A stretch of DNA of 64,000 nt from an uncultured bacterium (GCA_903934015.1 CAIZMI010000034.1:20378-84377), one strand, 5' to 3'; positions 27,792 to 38,005 are shown, counted from the first letter of the stretch. Made by a program: numbers and translations. The notes: generated by a model not told the origin, from the sequence alone.

Positions 27792-28160
27792 CTAACACGG
27801 ATCGGGAGGAACAGGGATCGGCACAGGCATATGCCATTGCATGTATACAACGCCCAGGATCGCTATTACCGCTCCAACGTATACCTGTCGAGGCAGAATC
27901 TCTGAAAAAATGAACCGGCTGGCAAGAATCAGCAATACGTTGGTGCCGACGTCATAGAGGATCGCCGCTTCGAGCAAGGTCCCCTTCTTTAGCGATGCCG
28001 TCCAAATCGACAGGGCGACGTTGCAGAGCAGAAAGCCGACAACAAGATGCCAAAGCCTGCCACTATTCTTTGCCCAGTGGTTCAGGACAACATCCCCAAC
28101 CACCGCGAAAATGATCAAGACCAGAGCAAGAAAATAAAAAGCAGTTCGGGTTCCAAACAC
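27792..28160 (-). CDS. small 4-TM DMT/SMR-like membrane protein (ArnE/ArnF-like)
   Basis: 122 aa with four hydrophobic helices. The gene is strongly GC-enriched compared with its flanks. Confidence 0.45.
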   Translation of the reverse strand: MFGTRTAFYFLALVLIIFAVVGDVVLNHWAKNSGRLWHLVVGFLLCNVALSIWTASLKKGTLLEAAILYDVGTNVLLILASRFIFSEILPRQVYVGAVIAILGVVYMQWHMPVPIPVPPDPC

Positions 28161-28450
28161 AGCAACCTCCTTTAGTGACTAGGTATTTCACTTGAAAAGA
28201 ACCAAGCATTATTACACCTATATCTTTTTTTGTCAACAGCCCGTTAGTGTAACTTGCTCAATAACCAAATGACACTTAGCCATAATAAGCCAAATTTTAT
28301 AACACAAATATGGTTTTTTCAGAATGTCGTTACCTAAAATTGGCTTAATAAAGCCAAATGTATCCATGACCAGTAAGCAGTTTCTTGATCGAAACAATAA
28401 TCAAAAGACACAGCAAATATGTTTCTGTGCTATATCCTATTTCCTAGATA

Positions 28451-28873
28451 TTAATATCGAAAATTCACCTTTACATCCGCGCTTTTGCCTTGAAAAAAGT
28501 CTTGGCAAAACTTCGCTGCCTTATACGGAGGATATGCTTTACAGCTGAAAATATCTAAATAGACCGCATTTGTTTGATTTGCAAAATGACCGGAGATTAG
28601 CGATGTTTCAATCAGTTGAGTCATCGAAAAACCGGACACGCGCGGGTCTTCACCAAAATCTACCACTGTGGTTTCACCAAAGGTTTTCATATCAATAAGC
28701 ACGCAAAGTTCGCGGACAAAATCTTTTATTTTTTGCGCATCTCTGATTATTTCCGGATTACACTCCTTTAAATCCACGCAAGTAGACATCCCCCACGGGT
28801 TCTCGTTACCATACTTTTCAACAATTTCTTGGTCTTTCGATACAAAATCACCACTCAATGAATTATCATTCAT
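28451..28873 (-). CDS. speH: S-adenosylmethionine decarboxylase proenzyme, SpeH/class 1 type
   Basis: Self-cleavage and pyruvoyl region GFSMTQLIETSLISGHF…YLDIFSCKAY. Confidence 0.75.
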   Translation of the reverse strand: MNDNSLSGDFVSKDQEIVEKYGNENPWGMSTCVDLKECNPEIIRDAQKIKDFVRELCVLIDMKTFGETTVVDFGEDPRVSGFSMTQLIETSLISGHFANQTNAVYLDIFSCKAYPPYKAAKFCQDFFQGKSADVKVNFRY

Positions 28874-29454
28874 AATACTAACAATAAATAATTAATAAAC
28901 TGCGCACAACGATTATAGCAACCAGCTCGATAATATTCAACCCAACTGTATAAAAAAACACTTCACTTTTTGGATTGTTTAGCCGGATTTTACATTAACA
29001 AAAAAGTCGGCCCCTTCTGTATCCTTAAACGATTTCGTATCTTTTTTATTGATCATAAAAATCCTGCCAGTAGTACCTCCGGCAGGTTAAATGAAAAACT
29101 ATGTTCCTGTGCGAGAACGGTGAATCAAAGAACATAGCATTGATTGCGAAATCATTACGTTCCCTTGTTGCGCAAGAATTGCTTCCTCGCAAAAATTAGG
29201 CGTCTCCAATACATTCCTTTGTTGAAAACGTGAAGCATCCCAAGACGCGACTATGTAACATGTATGTTGCACCGGATTTGTCCATCCCCCAAAATCAGCA
29301 GAATGATCGGCAATAACAACGATTGTGTCGTTTTTGGAAATGCAACCCTTCGATTTATGGTGATGTCTCCGTTTATTGCTTAATTATTTGTGAAAAGTTC
29401 CAACCCGCTTTACATTATTAATATCTATGAAAAAAATGGGAAGTTAGTCAGACG

Positions 29455-30234
29455 ATGAAATTTTTCCTTTCAACCGGAATATTTTCAAAAATCTGCTCCC
29501 CCGACATTGCCGAAAAGATTGCATTAGATGCCGGTTATGACGGAATCGAACTTATGCTACCACCTCGTTATGTTTACCATCAAGAAGATACCGGCGATCT
29601 CTCTGCACTGCGCGCAACGACAATCATTCACTCAGCAAACGATTACTATGACGAATCACGATTTCACGCGGCATTAAGCGATGCGGTGAAAACAGCGCAT
29701 ACCATTAATTCCAAGCTGATCATCATTCATCCACCTTCCGCATATTTTAGTGGCCGTGAAAATATCCGCAGAGGCATCGCGCTCATTCAAAAATTACAAC
29801 AAGATACGGAACTGATAATTGCCTATGAAGTGCTCGGCATTTCATCACCAAAGACGCCAGACTCCTACCTCCACGGTTTAAAACAGCAAGGATACAAAAC
29901 ACCGCAAAAATGGGTAGATGATGTAAAACACTATAATTTAGCCGCAGTGCTCGACACCTCCCATGTGGCAAGTTGGGGAATCAATCCAACAACATTCCTT
30001 TCTCTTCTCGGTTCAAATGTCCGCCATATCCACCTTAGCGACTTCGACCCGAATACCAAAACAACCCATCTCCTGCCCGGTACGGGAAACATCAACTTAC
30101 CTGATTTCTTCCATACACTGCAGAAAGATTACCAGGACATTACTGTGACAATCGAAGTCAATCCAGTGAAGACGATGGCTGAAGGAGTAGAAATTGCAGA
30201 TAAATGTTTTACCTTCCTAAAAAAATATCAATAA
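29455..30234 (+). CDS. sugar phosphate isomerase/epimerase (xylose-isomerase-like TIM barrel)
   Basis: AP-endonuclease-2/TIM-barrel pattern with conserved Glu/His/Asp positions (…IIHPP…AYEVLG…HLSDFD…IEVN). Confidence 0.65.
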   Translation: MKFFLSTGIFSKICSPDIAEKIALDAGYDGIELMLPPRYVYHQEDTGDLSALRATTIIHSANDYYDESRFHAALSDAVKTAHTINSKLIIIHPPSAYFSGRENIRRGIALIQKLQQDTELIIAYEVLGISSPKTPDSYLHGLKQQGYKTPQKWVDDVKHYNLAAVLDTSHVASWGINPTTFLSLLGSNVRHIHLSDFDPNTKTTHLLPGTGNINLPDFFHTLQKDYQDITVTIEVNPVKTMAEGVEIADKCFTFLKKYQ

Positions 30235-30244
30235 TTCCAATGTT

Positions 30245-30937
30245 GTGCTAGACCACCCCGTAACCATTGGTGTCATGCAAAGAACATATCCTTTACACGC
30301 AAAAACACTGGAGGCGCTTCATCAGATTCCGAGCAATACGATTATTGTTGATTCAACACCGGGAAGACCGATTGTCAAGAAGAACGAAAAAATAAAGGTT
30401 ATACACACGCCGGACAAAAATGGTTTTTTTGCGATAGCTCTCCTTGTCCCATTATTTACAGAATTTCTCAATACGAAAAGCGAAAAACTATTTCTGATCG
30501 AAGGCGATCTTGTTCTATCGATGGAAAATATGATCCGCGCCGAACAATGCACGGTAAACACAAAAGTATTTTACGCCGAATCCGATCCAAAAAGTCGGCA
30601 CGCATACATTCGGAGAGAAGGGTTGGCTGGTGTCTTATTGCGCAATGAGTGCGAAAAAATACTTCACTGGATGATCTCTAAACCACCTTCAATATTTAGA
30701 AAATACCAGGGATATTGCGACACTTTTCTTTGGTATGCTGTTTCCAGCGAAACGACAGGATATTCAGCATCAACAAGCGGTCCAGACTGGATACCTGTTG
30801 TACACATGACACATGACGACTACACGCGGGTTACGAAAGTTCAGCGAAGAGATATGAAAGTATACCGCGCACGCATGGCAGAGATAATTCGTTTAGCCAT
30901 AGAATGCAATCAATTTACCTATCCAAAAAGTAACTAA
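30245..30937 (+). CDS. hypothetical protein
   Basis: 230-aa ORF directly downstream of the isomerase gene. Confidence 0.4.
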   Translation: MLDHPVTIGVMQRTYPLHAKTLEALHQIPSNTIIVDSTPGRPIVKKNEKIKVIHTPDKNGFFAIALLVPLFTEFLNTKSEKLFLIEGDLVLSMENMIRAEQCTVNTKVFYAESDPKSRHAYIRREGLAGVLLRNECEKILHWMISKPPSIFRKYQGYCDTFLWYAVSSETTGYSASTSGPDWIPVVHMTHDDYTRVTKVQRRDMKVYRARMAEIIRLAIECNQFTYPKSN

Positions 30938-30949
30938 AAGTATTTCCTG

Positions 30950-31007
30950 CCACCCGCACGAAAAACCGTTTGCCTTTTTGGATCACTTGGCCGCTTCCGA
31001 CTTTTTT
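30950..31007 (+). repeat. degenerate duplicate of the tyrS 3' end (copy 1 of 4)
   Basis: In the tyrS reading frame the reverse complement encodes …VGSGQVIQKGKRFFVRV. The TyrS C-terminus is …VKTGNKIQKGKRFFVRVG. Confidence 0.65.
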
Positions 31008-31324
31008 GATTAATGAGTTTAACAACTTATACCACAACAATACTCACTGTTTCACCACTTCAATGAAATAATTAAAAAGCTCTATTACTCTCAGGAAAAG
31101 AGCTGTCGTTTCCCGCTTATTGCTTGCGTGATGAGGAAGCATAGTAAGAAAGTGACAACTCTCCAACAACAAGGAATTAATAAAGACACGATCAGTAACG
31201 CTAGTCGGAAACACTTCTAAGGGGTTTTCCCAAAAATTAAACTTCGTATCAATATTAAATATGAAATTTTTTTGAATATTTTCTCCAGACATATCAAATT
31301 TGTCCGCGTGAATCAAACACCCCG

Positions 31325-31870
31325 CGGCAAGCCGCGGGGTATGACAGGAGGCATGGCCGTCATGTGAGGAGACGTAACTGCGCTGGGTTACCGCTCGTCT
31401 TTCCCTGGTTTTGGACGTATTGCTCAACCACCTTCCAATTACCCCGCTCGCCCACTGTGGCGAGATAAAAACCGTCACTCCAAAACTCTCCACCCCACAG
31501 ATCCTTCTTGAGCGCGGGAAATCGACGGAACAACTGTATTGCCGTGACGCTTTTGAAAATTCGGACCGCTTGTGAACCACTCATCTTTGGTGGAAAAGAG
31601 CAGAGCAGATGGATGTGATCACCGTCTGTACCTATTTTTTCAAACGTAATTTCGAAGCGTTCCGTGATTTCCCGCGCGATCTGCACAATGGCGAGCGGGA
31701 TTTCGTCAGTCAGTAAAGCTTTTCTGTATTTAACAGGAAAGACGAGGTGATAGTGAGAGGTATAGACATGATGATAACCATGAAGGACGGCCATGCGTTA
31801 ATTCTATACTGGAAACCAATGGTTTCCAGACCTTCCTTTACAAGGACCCCGCGGCAAGCCGCGGGGTAAG
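31325..31870 (-). mobile_element. IS200/IS605-family element bounded by identical subterminal hairpins
   Basis: ccccgcggcaagccgcgggg occurs at 31330-31349 and 31847-31866, flanking tnpA. Confidence 0.8.
31360..31794 (-). CDS. tnpA: IS200/IS605 family transposase TnpA (Y1 HUH)
   Basis: HUH motif GDHIHLL plus YHLVFPVKYRKALL and WGGEFWSDGFYLATVG. Confidence 0.85.
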   Translation of the reverse strand: MAVLHGYHHVYTSHYHLVFPVKYRKALLTDEIPLAIVQIAREITERFEITFEKIGTDGDHIHLLCSFPPKMSGSQAVRIFKSVTAIQLFRRFPALKKDLWGGEFWSDGFYLATVGERGNWKVVEQYVQNQGKTSGNPAQLRLLT

Positions 31871-32685
31871 ATAAAAATATAATCATATAATCCGTGAAAC
31901 GAATGAAGTAGCTTCCCAAGATCGTATTCAATCGGCATCCTGGTTGCGCCATTTGGATCCACAAACTTCACGGAATCACCATTAATCAATATGTTTCCGA
32001 AATGTAAATCACCATGGATAAATCCGACACTTTGCGGTACAAATTTTTCTAAATATCTTTCTTGAGAAATTTTTTCCATTATCAGCGGTACGCCCAAATA
32101 TTCACAGCCATTAATAACAACATTCTTTAGGGCTAGTAATTCTCTTAACCATAAGATGCATTTTGCCTCATTCATTCTAAGACTTATCTTTCGCCAATAT
32201 AATCGTTCAATTTCGACTGCACCCAGAGTGAAAATATTTTTCGAATTATACAGTTCAAACAATATTTCCACGCTCTTTGCCACGTATTTTTTCAAATCAT
32301 CAAAACCAATATTATTATCACAAAAGACGCTTCCGAGAGAACGAAACTGTTCCAAAAATTCCAGCTCATAAATCGCCAAATACTGATCATAAAAGCCACC
32401 ATGAAAACATGGGGCAACATTATTATTAGCACCCAAAGACCGGTACCATTCGATTTCTTTAGAGGTTGTATCCGGCAGATATCCACTCTCCGCTTTCATA
32501 ACCCTCAACCCAAAGCGACTTTTGAAAACAACCAAAAGCGCCTTTGTATTATCTTCTTCGATAAATTTTACGACTCTTTCGCCAAGTATCCTATTAAAAC
32601 TCAGTTTAAGTTCGTCTTTGGTTAAGTGTGTTTTGGTTGATTTCAGCGATTCAATGGCCTCACAGTAAACATCAGACGTAGCCAT
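31804..32685 (-). CDS. aminoglycoside-phosphotransferase-like / choline-kinase-like protein kinase-fold enzyme; 3' end disrupted by the IS200 element
   Basis: Brenner motif HGDLHFGNIL and a downstream VDPNG. The last ~18 codons (…GLPRGPCKGRSGNHWFPV) are translated from the IS200 terminal hairpin. Confidence 0.65.
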   Translation of the reverse strand: MATSDVYCEAIESLKSTKTHLTKDELKLSFNRILGERVVKFIEEDNTKALLVVFKSRFGLRVMKAESGYLPDTTSKEIEWYRSLGANNNVAPCFHGGFYDQYLAIYELEFLEQFRSLGSVFCDNNIGFDDLKKYVAKSVEILFELYNSKNIFTLGAVEIERLYWRKISLRMNEAKCILWLRELLALKNVVINGCEYLGVPLIMEKISQERYLEKFVPQSVGFIHGDLHFGNILINGDSVKFVDPNGATRMPIEYDLGKLLHSFHGLYDYIFILPRGLPRGPCKGRSGNHWFPV

Positions 32686-33217
32686 AAAATTTGGCCGTAT
32701 GCCAAGCAATAAGCAGTGTCGGGTCCACAATGGCACCCCTCTTTAGTAAATCATCCAATTTTTCTTTTCTGACGATCCTTTCCTGTACCCTTTCCACGGA
32801 AGATGTTTGCCTCCCACTGACTTTTTCCATCTCATTCGAGAAAAAAATATGCAACATTCCATCAGATCTTCCCGGACGCATATAATAACTAACCAGTTTC
32901 TTAATTTTTTTGGGCTTATACCCCGTTTCTTCTATACATTCCCTGATTGCGGTTGCTTTGGGGCTTTCACCGGCATTTACCTTTCCTCCAGGAAGGTCAT
33001 AAATCCAAGAATCAATAGGAAATCTGTATTGATACGTCAAAAGCACGTCTCCCTCTTTCGGAACCAATAAAACCGCAGCTGCATCTTTTGAGCGATTTAC
33101 GGCATATTTTATTGTCTCCCCGTCGGGTAATTTCACAGTTTCCTCATAAAGGGGAAAGGGTTCGCCGTATATTGGCTGACTATGCACAATTTTCCATTTC
33201 TTGTTGATTGACTTCAT
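32672..33217 (-). CDS. Nudix hydrolase (ADP-ribose-pyrophosphatase-like)
   Basis: Nudix box GGKVNAGESPKATAIRECIEETG. Confidence 0.8.
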   Translation of the reverse strand: MKSINKKWKIVHSQPIYGEPFPLYEETVKLPDGETIKYAVNRSKDAAAVLLVPKEGDVLLTYQYRFPIDSWIYDLPGGKVNAGESPKATAIRECIEETGYKPKKIKKLVSYYMRPGRSDGMLHIFFSNEMEKVSGRQTSSVERVQERIVRKEKLDDLLKRGAIVDPTLLIAWHTAKFYGYV

Positions 33218-33311
33218 TTCAATGCTTGTTAATATACAATAATATTAAAGTTCGCTATCCGTAAACTATAGAACATTACACCAACTCCTTACAAGCATTA
33301 CTCAAAAGACC

Positions 33312-34421
33312 ATGCAAGAAAGTCTATCATTCAACTATAAGAAGAATTTCAATAAAGAGATTAAAATATACTTTTCGCAAGATAGTGCGAAAATTGTTGC
33401 TGACATATGTGGGTATTTAGGTACTGACCGAATTTTTATTGTTGCCGACAACGGCTTTAAAAACAACCACTCACACCGCCTTAAACAAAATCTATCAATT
33501 AAATTCCCCACTAAAGTACTAAATATAACCGCAAAAGAAATTAAGAAAAAATTATCCACCCTTCACAATTTGTCAGAAAAGATTATTGCCAATGGAGCGA
33601 CAAATAAATCAGTAATAATTTCGTTGGGCGGAGGACTGGTTGGAAATATCGCCGGCATGTTGGCGGGATTATTGTTTAGGGGCGTCCCGTTAATTCACAT
33701 ACCAACAACAGTTCTTTCGCAGGCGGATAGCGCAACGGACGTAAAACAGTCCGTCAATTGTGAAAACATAAAAAACGGGATGGGAATATATTATCCGCCT
33801 GTTGCCGTAATTATTGATGTGAATTTATTAAAAACACTCCCTGAACGCGAAGTCAGATCGGGTTTGGCGGAAATAATCAAGCATGCCCTGGCACAAGATG
33901 AAGATCTTCTTAGGTATTTATACAGAAAAGTCCCCACTCAAAAAATAAATGCGCCCACGCTTGAACGAATAATTGCCAGAACAATATCGCTCAAAATCGA
34001 ACACTGGAAAAACACGCCGGATATGTGGAGCGAGGAAGCAGTCAAAAAACCGGAAAGATTAACTCATCTTGGACACACGACGGGGAAAATTTTAGAGATT
34101 CTTCAACAAGATAAAATAACTCACGGCGAGGCAATCAGCCACGGAATGATAATCGAAGCCATCGCATCAAAAAAACTTGGAATTGGAAACGAGCAAATAA
34201 TTACCGAGATGAAAAAAGTATTTGGACGCTTTCAATTGCTTTATCCCCTCAAGAAAAACATTAATAGCTCTTCAGTTATTTATGGTCTTTATGGAAATAA
34301 AAACAAACAAAAAAATCCGATATTTGCTTTATTAAAAAATTTGGGTGTTCCAAAAACCGTTTCAACTTCAATAAATCCAGATATATTAAAAGAAGCACTG
34401 CTTGAATATGGAATCAAATAA
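33312..34421 (+). CDS. 3-dehydroquinate-synthase-like sugar phosphate cyclase (DHQS/DOIS/EEVS/DDGS superfamily)
   Basis: Glycine-rich NAD-binding motif SLGGGLVGNIAGMLAG; 369 aa; metal-binding His/Glu pattern in the C-terminal half. Confidence 0.7.
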   Translation: MQESLSFNYKKNFNKEIKIYFSQDSAKIVADICGYLGTDRIFIVADNGFKNNHSHRLKQNLSIKFPTKVLNITAKEIKKKLSTLHNLSEKIIANGATNKSVIISLGGGLVGNIAGMLAGLLFRGVPLIHIPTTVLSQADSATDVKQSVNCENIKNGMGIYYPPVAVIIDVNLLKTLPEREVRSGLAEIIKHALAQDEDLLRYLYRKVPTQKINAPTLERIIARTISLKIEHWKNTPDMWSEEAVKKPERLTHLGHTTGKILEILQQDKITHGEAISHGMIIEAIASKKLGIGNEQIITEMKKVFGRFQLLYPLKKNINSSSVIYGLYGNKNKQKNPIFALLKNLGVPKTVSTSINPDILKEALLEYGIK

Positions 34422-35190
34422 GAAAATAGTCATCTTATCAATACGCCGAAAACATTTTCCCAATACCACTCATATTGTTGAAAAACTGAAACGAGCAGGC
34501 GTGAATGTAATACACCCAAAAACGATAAGAGATTTTGAAAAAGCATGCAAAGTGATCAGTTCAAACGATATTATAATCACACTTTATTTTTCGAAAAATA
34601 ATAGCTTTAGAAAACAACTGGTAGCACTAGAAAAGAAGGGGTGCATGTTAATGGATCATCCCAACAAAATGCGGCTTACGGAAAACAGAAAGAAAACTAT
34701 GGAGTTATTGTCAAAGTCAAATATCAAGATTCCAAATTTCTATTTTGGACACCCTGACTGTATTCCAAATCATTTAGGAAATAAGCTGGTAATCAAACAT
34801 CCATTTGGACTTGCTATTGGTTTTATCGATACTAAGAGAGCTAGAGAAATTAACCAAAAGAACATTTACGTCGAAGAAATCCTTTTAAATCCCAAAAAAA
34901 CCGTCCGTTGTATCACTTACGTGTTTGGTATGGTGTTCACAAGAATCAAAAAGGACAAATTTGATATTGGTTTTGCCGATATACCGGGAACAGAGCCAAA
35001 AACGAGCACTTCGAAAAAAGATAGAATACTGGCGCAAAAGGTGCACAAACTTACCGGTATGGAATTATTCAACGTGGATTTAATCGACGAAGTTGTTATC
35101 GAGATAAATTGTTGTCCAAATTTTTTCTTGTACGACTCCATCGTCAAACATTTTGTTAAAAGAATTATAGAACTTTCGCAGAAACAATGA
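34402..35190 (+). CDS. ATP-grasp fold ligase
   Basis: LVIKHPFGLAIG, IYVEEIL, and LFNVDLIDEVVIEINCCPNF. The gene overlaps the cyclase stop codon. Confidence 0.6.
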   Translation: MNMESNKKIVILSIRRKHFPNTTHIVEKLKRAGVNVIHPKTIRDFEKACKVISSNDIIITLYFSKNNSFRKQLVALEKKGCMLMDHPNKMRLTENRKKTMELLSKSNIKIPNFYFGHPDCIPNHLGNKLVIKHPFGLAIGFIDTKRAREINQKNIYVEEILLNPKKTVRCITYVFGMVFTRIKKDKFDIGFADIPGTEPKTSTSKKDRILAQKVHKLTGMELFNVDLIDEVVIEINCCPNFFLYDSIVKHFVKRIIELSQKQ

Positions 35191-35993
35191 CGAACAATTA
35201 TGTAAATAACAAAAATGAAGTAAGGATGGTTTCAAAAGTAAGAAATAATTATTTCAGAAAATTTGTCGATTTTATTATCAAACAATCCTGCCTTAAAATG
35301 GATTCTGTCGTTGTTGACACCCCTTGTGGTACGGGAGAAATGACACAGTTATTGTTGAAAAAGGGGGTCGGAAAGAAATATTATCTTCTCGATATAAACC
35401 CATTTATGACAAAGGAGGCGCGAAATCGTTTACCGAAAAAATCAACCATTATTACCGGCGATGCCAACAATATTGCAAACTTTATTCCTGAAAGAGTCGA
35501 TACTATCTTTTGCTTAAACGGATTTCATATTTATCTATCCCGAAAGCGACAGTTTCTAAAGGGGTGTTACAAAATTCTAAGGCCCGGAGGAACTCTGATT
35601 TTTGACGTGTCAACAAAGGGATTAAACAATGAACAATCAAAAAGGTTTTTAGTGAAAGAAAACGCTGAAATGCGCATCCTATCCAGAAACAAATTTATTA
35701 AATATTGCGCGCTCAAATTGGCTAACCATAATACTTTGAAAAATTACCAAAACCTTCTCAGAGAAGCAGGCTTTTCAATTAAGACAGTAAAAATGTTTGA
35801 CACATGGAAAAGTGTCGATGAATTGGTGGATGAAACCACAAAAATACCTGGACGCCTACGCTCTCGACTATTGAACACCACAGATAAACAACGTGTGACA
35901 ATCTACAAGGAAGCCAACGAGGTTGCAAAGCAAGAAACCGGAATAAAACGCATCGAACACAACAGAATATTTTTTGTCGCAAAAAAACCATAG
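35187..35993 (+). CDS. class I SAM-dependent methyltransferase
   Basis: Motif I VVDTPCGTGEMTQLL. The start overlaps the ATP-grasp stop codon (ATGA). Confidence 0.8.
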   Translation: MTNNYVNNKNEVRMVSKVRNNYFRKFVDFIIKQSCLKMDSVVVDTPCGTGEMTQLLLKKGVGKKYYLLDINPFMTKEARNRLPKKSTIITGDANNIANFIPERVDTIFCLNGFHIYLSRKRQFLKGCYKILRPGGTLIFDVSTKGLNNEQSKRFLVKENAEMRILSRNKFIKYCALKLANHNTLKNYQNLLREAGFSIKTVKMFDTWKSVDELVDETTKIPGRLRSRLLNTTDKQRVTIYKEANEVAKQETGIKRIEHNRIFFVAKKP

Positions 35994-36032
35994 CACGGTG
36001 ATCAACACACTTTGTCTAAAAATTATGTCTTG

Positions 36033-36110
36033 CCCCGCCCGCGCGAAAACCTTTTACCTTTTTGGATCACTTGGTCACTTCCGACTTTTTGGTCGATTGT
36101 TTTCGCGACT
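36033..36110 (+). repeat. degenerate duplicate of the tyrS 3' end (copy 2 of 4; longest)
   Basis: The reverse complement translates to EVAKTIDQKVGSDQVIQKGKRFSRGRGKT. The TyrS C-terminus is VVKSIEQKVKTGNKIQKGKRFFVRVG. Confidence 0.65.
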
Positions 36111-36270
36111 TCCCCACTCATTTTTTATCCAATTTGCCGGCATAAAAAACCGGAATCAGGGACTCCGGCGAAACCATGCCACCATTCTCCGTGACGTTCC
36201 AGAAGATATCCACAAAGACTACAGTGACGCCCAGTAGCTTTTTCTAAATCAAAATGTTATAAATATAAAC

Positions 36271-36669
36271 ATGAATAAGAAATTAGTGATTTGTGCAAGT
36301 GCTTCATTTGAAAATGAAATTGTGGATTGGAAAAACAAGTTAGAAAACAATGGTTATGAGGTAATAAAATACCCCACGAAAATTAATGATGATCTCGTTA
36401 ATAAATACAAAAAGGAGTTTTCTGAACACTACGAAGCTATTACACGGACAGATGTTCTCCTTGCACTTAATTTAGATAAAAAAGGAATACCTGGTTATAT
36501 CGGAGCTGGTGTCTTTGCGGAAATTGCTTTTGGCATCGGTCTGAATCGAGCACTAAAAAAGAATATAGAGATCTATTATCTAAACTCATTCCCCAAAGAC
36601 GCCTTTCCCTATTCGGATGAATTAAAACTTTGGCAGGAGTTGGGCTGGATAAAACAGTTCCGCCCATAA
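36271..36669 (+). CDS. nucleoside 2-deoxyribosyltransferase-like protein; tentative
   Basis: GAGVFAEIAFGIGLNRAL resembles the NDT-family D.GT.FE.G.A motif. Confidence 0.4.
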   Translation: MNKKLVICASASFENEIVDWKNKLENNGYEVIKYPTKINDDLVNKYKKEFSEHYEAITRTDVLLALNLDKKGIPGYIGAGVFAEIAFGIGLNRALKKNIEIYYLNSFPKDAFPYSDELKLWQELGWIKQFRP

Positions 36670-36715
36670 ATAAAAACCGTACACGTTGTACGGCTGATAT
36701 TTTTTTGCGTCGATC

Positions 36716-38005
36716 TCACTGCCAATTTTCGACAAGGAATTGTTCTAGCACCCCGTAAGACCCTTCAAGTTGCGCAAAGTCTTCATCATCACCCCACCAG
36801 TGATAGTTGTTATGGTGGATATGGTATCTTTCCCAGCTAGACCCATTGTCGGGAATGTTGAGATTGAAAGCCTTCGCATTCCTGAAAACATACGAACCCG
36901 GTAATGGCACAAAGCGGAACAGGGATACCCTGTCAACCATCGGCGCAATATCTTTCAGGAGAGAAATTGTCTCATTTGTACTTTCCAGATTTTCACCGGG
37001 AAAGCCATGCACTAGAAAGATCTTGACCATCAAACCTACTGATATGGCAAGATTAACAGCTCTTCTGATTTGGTTAGTCGTCACATTCTTACCCATTGCC
37101 TGCAACATTCGTTCACTGCCGGATTCCACCCCAAATTTCAACTCAATACATCCCGCATCGTGCAAACACTCAAGCAGTTCATAATCAACCGTATCAACTC
37201 TGGAAAGCGCAGACCATTTCAGATTGAGACTTTCTACGGCTCTGCAGATTTCCCTCACCATCTTTTTGTTGATAATGAAGTTATCGTCAACTACCGCGAA
37301 GCCATCAATACCGTATCTGCGTTTGAGATGCTCGAGCTCCATTCTAACATTCTCGCCAGATCGACACTGAACCCTTTTTTGATAAACTGCGCAGAAATGA
37401 CAAGAAAATGGGCATCCTCGACTCATCATAATATGTGCCATTTTCATATCAGTATTTGCCAAACGATCATGCATAATTAAGTCCGACTCGTCGAGCAAAT
37501 GCCTCGCCGGAAAAGGAAGCCAATCTATCCCCTTTTCAAGAGAACGGCTTGCGGTCGTCTTTGGTGACTGATCGACCAAGTAGCCTACCCCTCTAATACT
37601 CGAAAAATCCCCAGTAGAATGTGCTCGTACGATTTCTACTAAGGTTTTTTCTCCGCTTCCTATCGCAACAACATCAGCCCGAAAATCCACAAGCGTTTCT
37701 TCTGGATAGAAACTGGCATGAACTCCACCAACCGCAATTGTAGTATTGGATGAATACATACCCCCAAACCTCGCCCTTTGGACAATCCCGTAAGTCGCCG
37801 AGGATGGGGTGCTAAACCCGACAACGTCATAACCCTGAAAATCACAACTATTTTCCCCCTCGTTAATCTTGAAGATTTTCACTTCAATATTATTTTCTTC
37901 AAGGAAAGCCGCGAGGTACAAAACACCAAACGGAGGAAATTCTTTTCTCTTTTCCTTAAAACGAGCAAGTTCGTAAACCTCTGGATAAACGAGAGCAACT
38001 CGCAT
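36716..38005 (-). CDS. B12-binding radical SAM enzyme (class B)
   Basis: N-terminal cobalamin-binding Rossmann-like domain. CxxxCxxC cluster motif SRGCPFSCHFCAV. Confidence 0.8.
   Translation of the reverse strand: MRVALVYPEVYELARFKEKRKEFPPFGVLYLAAFLEENNIEVKIFKINEGENSCDFQGYDVVGFSTPSSATYGIVQRARFGGMYSSNTTIAVGGVHASFYPEETLVDFRADVVAIGSGEKTLVEIVRAHSTGDFSSIRGVGYLVDQSPKTTASRSLEKGIDWLPFPARHLLDESDLIMHDRLANTDMKMAHIMMSRGCPFSCHFCAVYQKRVQCRSGENVRMELEHLKRRYGIDGFAVVDDNFIINKKMVREICRAVESLNLKWSALSRVDTVDYELLECLHDAGCIELKFGVESGSERMLQAMGKNVTTNQIRRAVNLAISVGLMVKIFLVHGFPGENLESTNETISLLKDIAPMVDRVSLFRFVPLPGSYVFRNAKAFNLNIPDNGSSWERYHIHHNNYHWWGDDEDFAQLEGSYGVLEQFLVENWQ

Noticed and set aside
31044-31580. 178-aa ORF overlapping tnpA in another frame
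   Set aside because: It is an alternate-frame overlap of the IS200 transposase and runs through the left-end hairpin. No motif is present and it is likely spurious.
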